From Cyanidioschyzon merolae (taxonomy: Eukaryota): 64,000 nt of DNA. A program made the position numbers and the translations under genes. Below are positions 42,968 through 53,673 of this stretch, piece by piece (position 1 is the stretch's first letter; every line of letters starts with the position of its first letter). Under the pieces are notes generated by a model. It did no database searches. It was given only the letters and a program-made list of their open reading frames with translations, and had not been told where the DNA came from. The stretch lies in the NCBI GenBank assembly GCA_000091205.1, contig AP006500.2, one strand, 5' to 3'.

Positions 42968-43855
42968 TCAACGTTGTGACGGGACCAGCGATTCCGATAC
43001 CTGGCGAATCGCGGCAGTGAGCTGATCGGCTGTTAATGGTCTCCCGCGGCACTCCAGGAAATACAGCACCGGTTGTGATTTCGGCTCATGGGTGTAGAAT
43101 ATGGCAGTTACTAGGGTACTGGCTGTGTGCTCCTCCAGGGCACTTGGATCTACAACCAGACGCACGCCTGGGGAATCCAGGTCTTGTGGCGCGTCCGGAT
43201 GCACAACCAGAAACGTACGCGAATGGAGCCTGGCGATCATGGAGCATATTCTCTCGTCGGTATGGACACCTGTCGAATCGGGTCCTTCGCGTGCATCATG
43301 GTGCTCTTGACGCGCTTCGATACAGCGCGGTAGTATCTGCTGAATGCTTTCCAGGAACACATCGTGCAAACTTCCGTCTTCGTCGAGCACGCTAAGTTCC
43401 AGTTCCCAGCACCAAACGTCCACATTATACCCGCGAGGCTCAGAGGCGTAGCACTGCTCGATTATCGGATAAACGAGCTTCTCGAGGTATTCAGTTAGTT
43501 CCATAGCCTTGTGTGTGCAGCTTCGGCCGTAACACAAACCGGGAACTTGCACCGTTACTCGCCATGTAGTTGCAGGTCGAGCGCTAACGAGCACCTTAGA
43601 GTTCCCGTGACTCACTTGGACGACAGGGCACGAGCCCCGCTCACGACTACCGAGAAGCCAGCCACAGCCCCGGGTGGGTCGCGGTTCGTCGACCGTGCGA
43701 CCGTCGGGTCGGCGTTCACACGTCCAGAGCTCTCGGGTTCGGAAGCCAACGGGGTCGTGCAGCCGATCCATTTCAGCTGTATCATTTACAAGGGTGTCAA
43801 AGTCCATAGCGCGCAACTCGCTCTGTTCAAGACTGTCAAGACAAAAACGCCCCAT
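42968..43855 (-). CDS. Hypothetical protein
   Basis: 888-bp ORF. The C-terminal two-thirds (from MELTEYLEKLVYPIIEQ...) have protein-like composition, and I recognise no motif. The start may be this internal Met. Confidence 0.35.
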   Translation of the reverse strand: MGRFCLDSLEQSELRAMDFDTLVNDTAEMDRLHDPVGFRTRELWTCERRPDGRTVDEPRPTRGCGWLLGSRERGSCPVVQVSHGNSKVLVSARPATTWRVTVQVPGLCYGRSCTHKAMELTEYLEKLVYPIIEQCYASEPRGYNVDVWCWELELSVLDEDGSLHDVFLESIQQILPRCIEARQEHHDAREGPDSTGVHTDERICSMIARLHSRTFLVVHPDAPQDLDSPGVRLVVDPSALEEHTASTLVTAIFYTHEPKSQPVLYFLECRGRPLTADQLTAAIRQVSESLVPSQR

Positions 43856-44124
43856 ACGAAATGTACGCTAGCAGCGCTGTGCACTGCGTACAAACGTCGC
43901 ACGTGGATCACTGCAACTTACGGGGTCTTGCATCTCAGTGGTGTTCGATCCACCAAGAGCGTATCGTGAAATGCCTTGTCGGGATTGATAGCAGATGCGT
44001 TTTGATGTGCATTCATATGAAGAAGTAAAAAATCTATGGGAAAGGTATAGATATGCAAGTCGCGGGTCCCAGTAGCTTATCACAGTCATCTACCTGAAAC
44101 GTATGAAATAATTCCCAGTTTGCC

Positions 44125-44530
44125 GACGACACAACGAAGAGGAGCAAGAGGTAAGCGAGAAATGATGTTTGCCAGACGTAAAAATCACGAGATCGTAATG
44201 GCAACGACGATAGAGCGAAGAGGAGCAAGAGATATGCGAGAAATGATGTTTGCCAGACGTAAAACTCACGAGATCGTAATGGCAACGACGATAGAGCGAA
44301 GAGGAGCAAGAGATATGCGAGAAATGATGTTTGCCAGACGTAAAACTCACGAGATCGTAATGGCAACGACGATAGAGCGAAGAGGAGCAAGAGATATGCG
44401 AGAAATGATGTTTGCCAGACGTAAAACTCACGAGATCGTAATGGCAACGACGATAGAGCGAAGAGGAGCAAGAGATATGCGAGAAATGATGTTTGCCAGA
44501 CGTAAAACTCACGAGATCGTAATGGAAAAG
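44125..44530. repeat. Minisatellite, ~5 copies of an 81-bp unit ('gagcgaagaggagcaagagatatgcgagaaatgatgtttgccagacgtaaaactcacgagatcgtaatggcaacgacgata')
   Basis: 'aatgatgtt' recurs at 44161, 44242, 44323, 44404 and 44485 (period 81, which is 27 codons). The block is open in several frames on both strands, giving 27-aa peptide repeats in ORFs 44034-44558(-) and 44120-44602(+). It lies in the divergent intergenic region between the 42968-43855(-) ORF and the Stm1-like gene (+). Confidence 0.9.
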
Positions 44531-45583
44531 AGGACACGAATTCTAGGAGCGCTTGCACTGGTCAGTACAACAGCAGCGGCAGTAAGCGCATGGAGTTCGT
44601 GAACCGAGACTTTAACGCTGCCATCAGTACCAGACGACATGCGGTGCCGGAGACGAGACCCGAAGAGCTGACGCAATCCAACGTTTTGGGGCAGCCTCTG
44701 ATGCCCGAATTCTCCAAACAGAAACTGAAATCGATAACAGGCGGCCGGTCGAATGTTACCGGGAAGCGCCCGTAAGTAGGTAGATATATTTACCCCACAC
44801 GGTCGTGGGGCATTTTTTGGTTACCTGAAGACACCTCAGACATGCCGGCATCATTCCCGGAACAATCTGGTCGACCTGTCCCAGTCTTACGTATAATGGA
44901 GCGCCAACTGCGCGGGACTCGGGGAGCGCACCTCTATCAGGTGCCTGCGCAGCGGCAGCGACGTCGACGTCGTCGACCGCTGAGATTTTTTCTCTCTAGA
45001 CAAAATGTTTCCATGGGCCAGCATTCTCCGATCGTGCGCATTGTTCTTTCTTTTTGTGTTTTTCAGTGCGAGGTGAAGTATCCATCAAACGCCCTACCTC
45101 CACGTTACATGACCCATACTTCTTCTCCGATATTCTAGTCGGTTCATACGTCCTATCGTGTGTGCCTAGTAGCTGCTGCAAGCGACAGCAATGGCGCGTA
45201 TCGTGCCGGTGCTTCGACCGCTGAGATCGGGGGTGCAGCGCGCCGCCGCCGCCGCCGTCGACGCCGCTGCTGCTGACAGCACGTCGCTGGTACAGCGCAC
45301 AAGACCCATATTTGTACTTGTTTTGCAGTGCACGACTCTGGAGCGCGTTTCGAGGATCTTATCAACGAAAATATCCCTTTGAAAGATATTCTTGCTGGGA
45401 AGTACAGAGGGCACGGACTTTGACAAGCTCTTCGCCTTTCCATAGAGACTTCGGGGCTGCTTTATTGGTACAGGACTCACGGAAGGGTGTTGGACGCTTG
45501 AGAGCGGCGCGTGCGGCCTCCTTGCTCCAGAACGGTGGAACTGTAGTTGTCCACTCAGCTGAGGTACCCTCCTTCCGATAGGC

Positions 45584-46666
45584 TTGACGGAGATGGCGTC
45601 TGGGTCGAACCTGTTTGCCGTCCTAAGTGACGAGACCGAAGGATCGCAGACAGAGGCTGCCCGCGCCAGCGAATCCAAGGAGAAGCGGCCTGGGGACCCG
45701 CCGAGCAGTGCCCGTGGCTCTGCCCAGAAGCACTTTGGGTTCGATCGACGATCAGGCACTGGACGTGGCCGTGAGGTTGCGAAAAAAGGTGCTGGAGGCA
45801 AGTATACTTTCGGTTCAGTGGAGGAGGACGTGCGTGACGCTCTGAGCGGTGTCAGGATTGCCTCCGAGTCAGATGCTGCTGCAGCGGACGGCACAGAAAA
45901 AGACGACGTGAACCACGTTGGTGAAAGCAAGAGCAGTGAAGGTGCCCTTCTTAGTCTGGAGGAGTATCAGCAGCGTTTAGAGCGGGAGCGAGCAGAGCTC
46001 TCGAACAAATTGATGGCAAGCAAAGGACCCCGTCGTCCAGCAGAGGAGCAGGGCGATGAAGTCTTTCGCAATGCCAAGCGCCTAGATAAGAACGGCGTTG
46101 AAGTGGATGCGGACTCACAGGACGGACTCCTGGGGAGCATAAGCCTCAAGGAGAAGAAAACGCGTGCTGCCAATCGCAGCAGTGGAAAAGGCAAGCGGGA
46201 TACCGGAAAGGAGAATCTTGCAGCGGAGTTCTTCACGGCTCCGCCGCGCGTGAACCGCGGCCATCGAGCGTCCGGTGACGTCGTCGAAGAGGATAATCCC
46301 TTAAGAGCGAAGAGATCTACTGGCACAGAGGCAGCTGGACCCAGTCGCGGTCGTGGACGTGGTCGCGGCGGTGGAAGTCGAGGGTTCCGCGGGGCGGGCG
46401 CCCGACACCCGACAGCGCCACATGCGTCAGAAAGCGCAGTCAGGGACAAACATAATGCATCTGATAACCATGAAACCCAAGAGCCGAATCGAGGTGTGTC
46501 AAGTCGACAACAACGTACGCGTGGCGGTTCTCGCACTGGCGCTGCGCCCGATAGCGGTCGTTTTCGTGGGCGCGGACGAGGTGGGGCTGCTTCTGTAACC
46601 GCACCACGCCCTCGTGCCGCCATTAACACCACAGATGATGCTGCTTTTCCATCGTTGGGAGCTTGA
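45584..46666 (+). CDS. Stm1 / HABP4-SERBP1-like RGG-box mRNA- and ribosome-associated protein
   Basis: N-terminal Stm1_N-like motif 'SNLFAVLSDE' (cf. NxFxLLxDD). The protein is highly charged and low in complexity, with C-terminal RGG/RGR repeats 'SRGRGRGRGGGSRGFRGAGA' and 'GRFRGRGRGG'. Size (360 aa) and architecture match SERBP1/PAI-RBP1/Stm1. Confidence 0.55.
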   Translation: MTEMASGSNLFAVLSDETEGSQTEAARASESKEKRPGDPPSSARGSAQKHFGFDRRSGTGRGREVAKKGAGGKYTFGSVEEDVRDALSGVRIASESDAAAADGTEKDDVNHVGESKSSEGALLSLEEYQQRLERERAELSNKLMASKGPRRPAEEQGDEVFRNAKRLDKNGVEVDADSQDGLLGSISLKEKKTRAANRSSGKGKRDTGKENLAAEFFTAPPRVNRGHRASGDVVEEDNPLRAKRSTGTEAAGPSRGRGRGRGGGSRGFRGAGARHPTAPHASESAVRDKHNASDNHETQEPNRGVSSRQQRTRGGSRTGAAPDSGRFRGRGRGGAASVTAPRPRAAINTTDDAAFPSLGA

Positions 46667-47706
46667 TCGAACACCTGCATTTGAGGCGAGAGCGGGCTGC
46701 GGGCATCCAGCCGCCTGCTTCGGTCTCACAGCGGGCCTCGCCTGGCGACACAGGCGGTGCTCTGGATGAATCGAAAGCTCTACGGTAGAGCGATGTGAAA
46801 CGCTACGTGCAACCGTGGCTGTTTTATAGGTAAACCGAAGGATATGTGGTGTTGATGCGTTGTGTATGGTGTCCGGTGCGCTGCTGCGGTGCAGGTCTAC
46901 GTCAGCGCAGTCGCCAAAAGGAGCATGCGCAGCGGTTCATAGACGTTGTCTGTGAAGCGCTTCACTAAAGAGCAGGGTTTTTGCGATATAGGCTCTCTTT
47001 ACACGAACCACAAACTAGGCAAGTCGGCCCTGGCTGGCGAGCACTTGCACCGGAGCATGCTCCAATTCAGGCAGTGCCGCAGACAAGGCTTCCAAGCCGA
47101 TCGTGACTTGCTCGCAGCGCTGCATACGACGCGGGATGCACTGCGACCCAGGGCCTCGCGGGAAACCCGATGACCCAGCTCACATCCAGCATCGACGAAA
47201 CGCGCGGAAAACAGAAGCGGTGAACCTGAGGCGCTTTCACACGGGGCGCGTTGCCTCCGCAACGAAATCCTCGATTGGTGCTGTGCTCGTTTCTCCGCTG
47301 ATCTGGTCCGGTGTTTCTCGATAGTCGCCCCAGTCAATACTTTCCCGGAGCATGCAGAGCAGACTAGTGCGGAGATGTCAACTTATTCTGTCATGCGAGC
47401 ATATTCGGGTTGCTGTGAAGCGGCTCGAACGCACATCGCACTGCTCGTGGATTGCGATTTGCTTCGTTTTCTGAAAACACGCGCAAGAGCTAAGCGCTCT
47501 ACACATACGCGTCTGCGATCTAGTAGTTCAAGCGACGGCAATCAGGTACGGTGGATATCTCTATCTCGAGACATCGTTGCAGCTGAGGCCTAGAACAGCT
47601 GACGCAGCTAGGATGCAGATTCCTTCGAGTTGCGCCTCGCTTCAATGTTCTGTATTCGACACAAGCGTTGCAAAGCCATCGGACAACCAGCGCAACGAAC
47701 AAGCAC

Positions 47707-48570
47707 TTATTTCCCAGTGCGACCTCGGGTCTCTGTTGTCTGGTCCGTCTCTGCGGTGGCGGGAGGTGCTTCCTTCGAAGGTTCTCGCTGCTGCTCGCTC
47801 CGCTCAATCAGGTACCGAATCGTGAAAAATGAAACCAGTGGTACCGTAAATACCAAAAAAGCTGTCTCATTATCAGCTTTTAGTAACTTTAATTCATCGA
47901 CTTTCAAAGTGATGGTCGATAACACCGCCGAGATGCCGAGCACAAACAGCAGCGAGCGCGTTAGTGAACGATCCAGGAACAGGAAACCCACGTACCCCAC
48001 GAGAAAGGCAATCGTCGGTGCCGAGTCCAGATAAAACCACTTCGAGTCCGCAAACCCAAGTCCAGTAAGCGGCGGCCCCAGGTACAATGACAAAGGTATT
48101 AACCCCAGGATAAACGTAGTTGAGAAGGACAGGTAGAGTAGAAGCGATCTCACTTTGGAACGCTCTCGACTTTGGTTGCGTTTCGCGGTATCGTGCGGCT
48201 CCGGTGCAACGCCATTGCCCAGGTCGTTTGCTGACTTGAGATGCGCTCTTCGTTCCCGCGATGTCTCGTGTCCTCGTCGCTGATCACCGTGGTCGCTCAT
48301 AGCGCGGAGTTGCGAGCAAGGACGCACGCCGACGCCGTTCTCCCGTTTCCGTGTGCTGTGCGCTCGACTTGCTAGCCAGCGCCGCTTGTGCGCAGGTTGA
48401 CACGCCCTGCACGCACTGGACGACGACCTCGAGACCAAAGCCGCCTGTAAGCGGCCGGAGCAGTTACGTTGCACGAGCGAATTGAGCGTAGGCGCTCCTG
48501 AGCTGCCCTGGAAAAGCACAAGCGGCTTCAAGTGGAGCGCCATGAGCGTGAGAGCGCTTAATTGGTTCAC
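47707..48570 (-). CDS. Hypothetical small membrane protein (about 4 predicted TM helices in the C-terminal 170 aa)
   Basis: Hydrophobic segments 'LLLYLSFSTTFILGLIPLSLYLG', 'APTIAFLVGYVGFLFL', 'LLFVLGISAVLSTITL', 'AFLVFTVPLVSFFTIRYL'. The N-terminal 90 aa of the ORF are Ala/Ser/Arg-rich and may not be coding; an internal Met (MSDHGDQRRG...) is plausible. Confidence 0.4.
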   Translation of the reverse strand: MNQLSALTLMALHLKPLVLFQGSSGAPTLNSLVQRNCSGRLQAALVSRSSSSACRACQPAHKRRWLASRAHSTRKRENGVGVRPCSQLRAMSDHGDQRRGHETSRERRAHLKSANDLGNGVAPEPHDTAKRNQSRERSKVRSLLLYLSFSTTFILGLIPLSLYLGPPLTGLGFADSKWFYLDSAPTIAFLVGYVGFLFLDRSLTRSLLFVLGISAVLSTITLKVDELKLLKADNETAFLVFTVPLVSFFTIRYLIERSEQQREPSKEAPPATAETDQTTETRGRTGK

Positions 48571-48776
48571 AGCAAACCAAACGTTCGTTGATATGGGCTA
48601 GCGATGACGCTGTCCTTAACCAGAAAAATAAAGCAAGCTACGAAAAGACTGACGTTCCAACACCAACAACAGCAACAACAACAACAACAACAACGCAACG
48701 GTAGCGAAGCGCTCGTGGCTCGCCTTCGTGGGCATCCCCCGAGTACGCGATCGCAGAGCGCTGCTTCTCATAACCG

Positions 48777-48832
48777 GTGCGCGTGCCGCAGCAGCCGCCC
48801 TTTTGGTGGCTGCTGGGAGCGCCTGTGCGGAG

Positions 48833-48868
<36 letters not shown>

Positions 48869-50162
48869 CGCTGTTGCTGTGTCTATGGCCTCTCAGGGCA
48901 CTGAAACTGCCAATGAAACGCATTTGACGACGCGCCAGACCTCGACAATGCACTGGCACGTCTGGCGAACTGAGGTGGAGCGACTGCGACGACTGGTCAA
49001 GGAGCCGGCGCTCAAGTGGCCGAAGCTGTTGGTGCTCGACCTCAACGGATTGTTGGTTTGGCGGACGCCGTTGCGACCTCGCCCCGGGCAACGCGATGGT
49101 CCCATCGGGGCTTGCTATCAACGGCAGCCGGATGTGGTGACTAAGCGTTTCTGCATTTGGCGCCGACCTGGAGCGGTATCCTTTATGCGGTACGTTTTGG
49201 CTTGGTTCCACGTCGGGATATGGTCGACCGCCCAGCTGCCGAACGTGGAGGATATTTTGGCAACGCTTCTCACAGCAGAGCAAAGACGTGAGCTGGTATT
49301 CGTTATGGACCAAAAAGACTGCACCAAGGTCAGCCGGGCGTATGCCCCGGGCTCTTCCAGCAAACCGCTGATGTTGAAGGACCTGGAACGCCTGTGGAGT
49401 CGATATCAGGGTTTCTACCATATGGATAACACGTTGCTCATCGACGATGATCCCTACAAAGCGAGCGTCAACCCAGTATATACGAGCGTGCACCCGTCTC
49501 CATGGAAAGATCCCGATGTGCAGGGCACGGACACGTTTCTGTGCGAAGGGGGACGCTTTCGTGCGTTTCTGGAAGCGCTGCTCCACCATGACGGCAGCGT
49601 ACGTACGTTCGTCGCCAACCAGCAGATCATACCCGTAGAGCAAACGAGCAACGATGATGAACGAGGCGCTACCAATGATGCCCAGCTGCTGAGCGATACC
49701 GGTGCAGTGAGCACAAGTCTCGGTTCCAGAGCTGGGTTCGATCAGGAGCTGAGCACTGCCGATCCCAACCGATCGACTGGTGCCCAGTCTGTGACGGCAA
49801 AGTGTTTCGTGGGCGCACCAGCATGCGCACATGATGGTGAATCGAAGACCAGTGAGCCAAGCGCTCGGGATGATATCCTTTCAACGTCAACGGGATTGGA
49901 CGGCCCCGAGAAAGACGCACCCGCCAAAACAGCGTCCATGGATGCACTGGTGCCCTCGTTTTCGAATGAGCTTTCACGATTGCGTATCCATGACAAAAAT
50001 GAGGATGTTGGGGATGATACACGAATTCATGCGCAAGCGAATGGGCTAGCGGCATGCTCGTGCTCGATGCCATCGGTCTCGAGTACACCAGCGGATGCCG
50101 ATAAAACCAGCCGGCGTGACTCTGGGGAGACTTCACCAAACGCTGGAGCAGCGTCGCGCTAG
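48777..50162 (+). CDS. NIF/FCP1-homology (CTD-small-phosphatase-like) HAD-family domain protein with an atypical first motif
   Basis: FCP1-homology core: 'KLLVLDLNGLLVWR' (position of the canonical DxDxT, but reading D-L-N-G), 'FMRYVLAWFHVGIWSTAQLPNVEDIL', 'KDLERLWS', 'HMDNTLLIDDDPYKASVNP'. The long C-terminal tail is Ser/Thr/Asp-rich. The ORF begins with a Ser13 run encoded by (AGC)n; the start is probably MASQGTE at 48885. Confidence 0.65.
48831..48866. repeat. (AGC)n trinucleotide tract at the 5' end of the NIF-like ORF
   Basis: Direct read 'agcagcagcagcagcagcagcagcagcagcagc'. A nearby (CAA)n/(CAG)n tract at ~48655-48700 encodes polyQ in an upstream small ORF. Confidence 0.9.
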
Positions 50163-50450
50163 GCGACGAGCGCGAGTTTGGCGAAACCTGGTGCCGGCAG
50201 GCTTGCACGGAGACCCGCGTCTGCCCAGCGTCCCGGGTCGCAGCACAGCTGGGCAGCGCGGTCCACAAGTTGCGCAACCGAAACGGGTGCGTGTGCCCCA
50301 AGCAGAACGCCGGCATCGGCCGAGGCAAGCGCCGCTTCCCTGACGCGAAGGTCGGCACTTGACGCGCGGCGGAAAAAGGCTTGCGCGGTGACGCCTAGCT
50401 GTCTCTGCATACCCGGTGCCGGGCTCGGAGCATAGCATCCGACTGAGTCT

Positions 50451-50455
50451 GACTC

Positions 50456-50493
<38 letters not shown>
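50451..50493. repeat. (CAG)n microsatellite, ~14 units, intergenic
   Basis: Direct read 'cagcagcagcagcagcagcagcagcagcagcagcagc'. Confidence 0.9.
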
Positions 50494-50494
<1 letters not shown>

Positions 50495-51193
50495 TGTGGA
50501 ATGCGCGCTGCAAACGTGTGTTGTTGATCGCTCGGAATCGATGCTGTGCTCGGGAGCTATGCCATTGTCGGACACGGAGCAGGGCACCAGTTTGCCCAGA
50601 GCAGCACGCACGACCTCGTTGCTCCACAACGAGAACAGCACGCTGCGACGAAGCACTCGGAGCGCCACGCGCTGACATCGCTCATGAGCGCTGCCAGAGG
50701 CCGTGAGCGCCTGGCGCAGTGCCCGCATCACCAACGCTACAGCTTCGCAGCGGACTCGGTACCATTGGTACCCAGGAGACGCGCAGAGAACATTGCGCTC
50801 CCACAAAAAGGCGCTCGCTTTCGGAGCCACGCCCCGCAGGCCGAGTCGAACGGCGACGCCTCGCGGCGTCCATCGGCTTTGAAGGCCGAGCCCGGCACCC
50901 GCCAGAGATCAGCGGGGCGTAGAGCGGGGCACCGCGAATCATATGTAAAGGCGTGTGGCGATGCCGTGCACGAGATCGGAACTGTAAATAATGGTCGTTT
51001 TCTGGAATTTATTAGATATTGCGGACAAATCAGGATGAATAATGCCAAGCACATGCGCGCAACCCATCTCACCACTGCATCGTTTTTGACGTAGTCGCGA
51101 AAACGCGTCTTTGCCACCTGAGGGGCCGGTGACGCGCCCTCGTGGACAGGGCGCCGAAGCAAACCCCGTCTGCCCCTGCGTGGGAACGAGTGC

Positions 51194-52249
51194 TTGTGCA
51201 GCGCACTCGTTCCTCGTACACAGATAAGGCTGTTTGTGAGGCCTACCTCAGACCCAGTGCTGTGCGTTGCTGCCAGTGCGTCACGCGCTGTTCACTGTTC
51301 GAAGCGCGCGGGTGCCGTTGCTCACCATAGAAGCGAGACGAGGGCGGGTGCGTGGACTGCACCCAACCACATGTATATAGTCTGCGTGCACCAACGAAGG
51401 ACGCAACCGAGGCGGTGGTTCGTGCTGCGTGCCAGCACGCCTCAGGTTGCAACGGATAACTTGAAGGTTGATACGCAGCCTCGCCGAACGTCAGCCGCCC
51501 GGGCGGTTGCAACGCAGCCGTGTCTGGTTCTGCCTGGTTTGGGAAACGCTGCCAGCGACTACGCGGAACTGCTTGGTCTGTTACCCGCGGGGTCACTGGT
51601 TGTACCAGTTGCTCGCTATGACTGGTTTCGAAACGCCCGGGGCCTGATGTTGCCAGCGTACTGGCGGGGTACGCTCAAGCCTCGGCAAGTTATGGACTGG
51701 TATTTCGAACGACTAGAACGAACGCTATTGCAGTTGAGCTACGCTTTTGGCGACGAGACCGGTGACTGGGGTGTGAATCTGATCGGACACTCTGCCGGTG
51801 GCTGGTTGGCACGACTCTACGTGAGTGAGTTCGCCAGCGACGACCTTCGGAAGCGCGTACGCACTGTCGTCACGTTGGGCACACCAAACCTGGCACCACC
51901 AGCTGGTGTATTCGACCAAACCAGGGGTATTCTTGCGTATTTGGAGACACAGTATTCGTGGAAGCACCGCCAACATTCCGGTGTTCGCTACACGTGTGTT
52001 GGATCCAAAGCGGTCCGCGGGCGGCTCTGGTCGAGCAACCTTGAGGAAATGATCGCTTATGCCTCTTACTGGCCAGTGTGCGGTCGCGGGCGTGTGGCTG
52101 GTGATGGGATTGTGCCAGCGTGTTCCTCGTTTATGCGCGGGGCTCAGGCTATTCTCCTAGCGGATGCGAGGCACTCGCCGTTGACGGACCCTAAAAACTG
52201 GTACGGGTCACCGCATCACTTCGAATGCTGGGCGAGCGCTTTGGTCTGA
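51194..52249 (+). CDS. Alpha/beta-hydrolase fold protein (serine-hydrolase type, GxSxG)
   Basis: 'PCLVLPGLGNAASDYAELL' (pre-nucleophile region), nucleophile elbow 'NLIGHSAGGWLARLYV', and downstream 'VVTLGTPNLAPPAG'. The N-terminal ~90 aa of the ORF are not protein-like, so the start is probably an internal Met (e.g. MYIVCVHQ...). Confidence 0.6.
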   Translation: MCSALVPRTQIRLFVRPTSDPVLCVAASASRAVHCSKRAGAVAHHRSETRAGAWTAPNHMYIVCVHQRRTQPRRWFVLRASTPQVATDNLKVDTQPRRTSAARAVATQPCLVLPGLGNAASDYAELLGLLPAGSLVVPVARYDWFRNARGLMLPAYWRGTLKPRQVMDWYFERLERTLLQLSYAFGDETGDWGVNLIGHSAGGWLARLYVSEFASDDLRKRVRTVVTLGTPNLAPPAGVFDQTRGILAYLETQYSWKHRQHSGVRYTCVGSKAVRGRLWSSNLEEMIAYASYWPVCGRGRVAGDGIVPACSSFMRGAQAILLADARHSPLTDPKNWYGSPHHFECWASALV

Positions 52250-52665
52250 GATCCCTCGGTACGCGCTGATGCTGAGCGCTGTGGTGCATAGCTCGAGGGT
52301 GCTCGGGTGAGAGAAAGCAAAAGCAACCGCGTCTGGGCCTATGGCAGAGCTTCGAATCCCGGTTAGAGACACCGAACCCGCAACGAGGCAGCGGTTCATT
52401 GCCAGCACATGCCGCACGCTCGCGTGGCATGCCCCAAACGAGCAGTCCAAGGCAGCAGCATGCGCCATATCAGGTGCTCAACATTTGCATAAACGATGGT
52501 CACCAACGATGGTGCGGCAAGTGCCCGCACGCTCCTGCAGTGATCTTCCATGCTTCCAGGAGCTGCCAGTGCGTGACGAGTCCGCTCGAAGGCCTGCACG
52601 GCGAACAGCCACGATACACACCTGCCTCTCTCCCGCTCTCTCTGAGCGGAGCGCATTGCCTATCT

Positions 52666-53673
52666 CTATTGAGTACGGCAGCGATTCGGATGCACTGGAG
52701 GATTCTTTTCAAAAGAAGTGCTACTTTTGGCCGCATCAGGATCACTTAGGGACCCGTCCGGACTAGCCGCGGCAGCTTCACCACAAAGAACGTCAAGGAA
52801 ACTTGCTATTTCTTCCGCGCTGGGGCGCTTTTCTGGATCCAGATCCCAGCAGCGTTCAATCAGTGCCACGACAGAGGCCGGCACCTTGTCACTCGTCTTG
52901 ACGAGACGTGGCCGCAAATTTTTCGACACGACTGCCGTCGCAGTCTGCACTGGCGTGAGATAGGTGTCCTCGTATGGCATTATGCCAGTCAGCAGCTCGT
53001 TGAAAAGAATCCCATAACTGTAAATATCTGCGCGACCGTCGTAGCGCTCACCGCGAATCACCTCCGGTGCCATGAAGCGATACGTCCCCGTCAGCGCCGT
53101 CATGACAGCCTCGCTATCGCCCTGCGTTCGGCTTACCCCAAAGTCGGAAAGTTTCGCAACGCGTGCGGGTCGGTCCACGAGCACATTGCTCGACTTGAGG
53201 TCGCGGTGGATGAGATCGTGTGCGTGAATGTACGCCAAGGCTCGGGCGACGTCGCGCATGATTCGATACACAAGTTGGGGTCGTCGTGAAACCCACTTAC
53301 GACGTCTGGAGATGGGCCCTCCTTCAAACAGTTCCATCACGAGAAACTTGCTCCCATCAGACGGGCGTACACCCCAACCGTAGTAGTTGAGAATATTGGG
53401 GTGCCAGTCCAGTTTACCAAGCACAACCTCCAACTCTGTCCGAAACGTATACTGCGTCTCGCGCCTAGCGTCAGCGTTTAACATTTTCACCGCAACCGGC
53501 CGCTTTTCGTAGGTACCCTCGTACACGATGGTCTCCGTGCCGCGACCCAGCTCGTTCCCAAGCGTGATGGCTTCCCACGGAATCTGCTTCTGTTTAAGCC
53601 GCTCCCTCGGAGATAACTGGACTGCTTCAATATCGTCTGTCATGAAATCAAAAGCACACGTCACACAACACAA
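52666..53673 (-). CDS. Protein kinase (Ser/Thr or dual-specificity; TKL/MLK-like)
   Basis: Gly-loop 'LGRGTETIVYEG', VAIK-type 'VAVKML', 'HPNILNYYG', catalytic loop 'IHRDLKSSNVLVD', 'LSDFGVSR', 'GTYRFMAPEV', 'DIYSYGILFNELLTG', 'RPSAEEI'. Confidence 0.85.
   Translation of the reverse strand: MCCVTCAFDFMTDDIEAVQLSPRERLKQKQIPWEAITLGNELGRGTETIVYEGTYEKRPVAVKMLNADARRETQYTFRTELEVVLGKLDWHPNILNYYGWGVRPSDGSKFLVMELFEGGPISRRRKWVSRRPQLVYRIMRDVARALAYIHAHDLIHRDLKSSNVLVDRPARVAKLSDFGVSRTQGDSEAVMTALTGTYRFMAPEVIRGERYDGRADIYSYGILFNELLTGIMPYEDTYLTPVQTATAVVSKNLRPRLVKTSDKVPASVVALIERCWDLDPEKRPSAEEIASFLDVLCGEAAAASPDGSLSDPDAAKSSTSFEKNPPVHPNRCRTQ

Noticed and set aside
44034-44602. Repetitive ORFs 44034-44558(-) and 44120-44602(+) called as protein-coding genes
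   Set aside because: They exist only because the 81-bp unit is stop-free in several frames. Both strands give equally long ORFs, so neither can be preferred without expression data.
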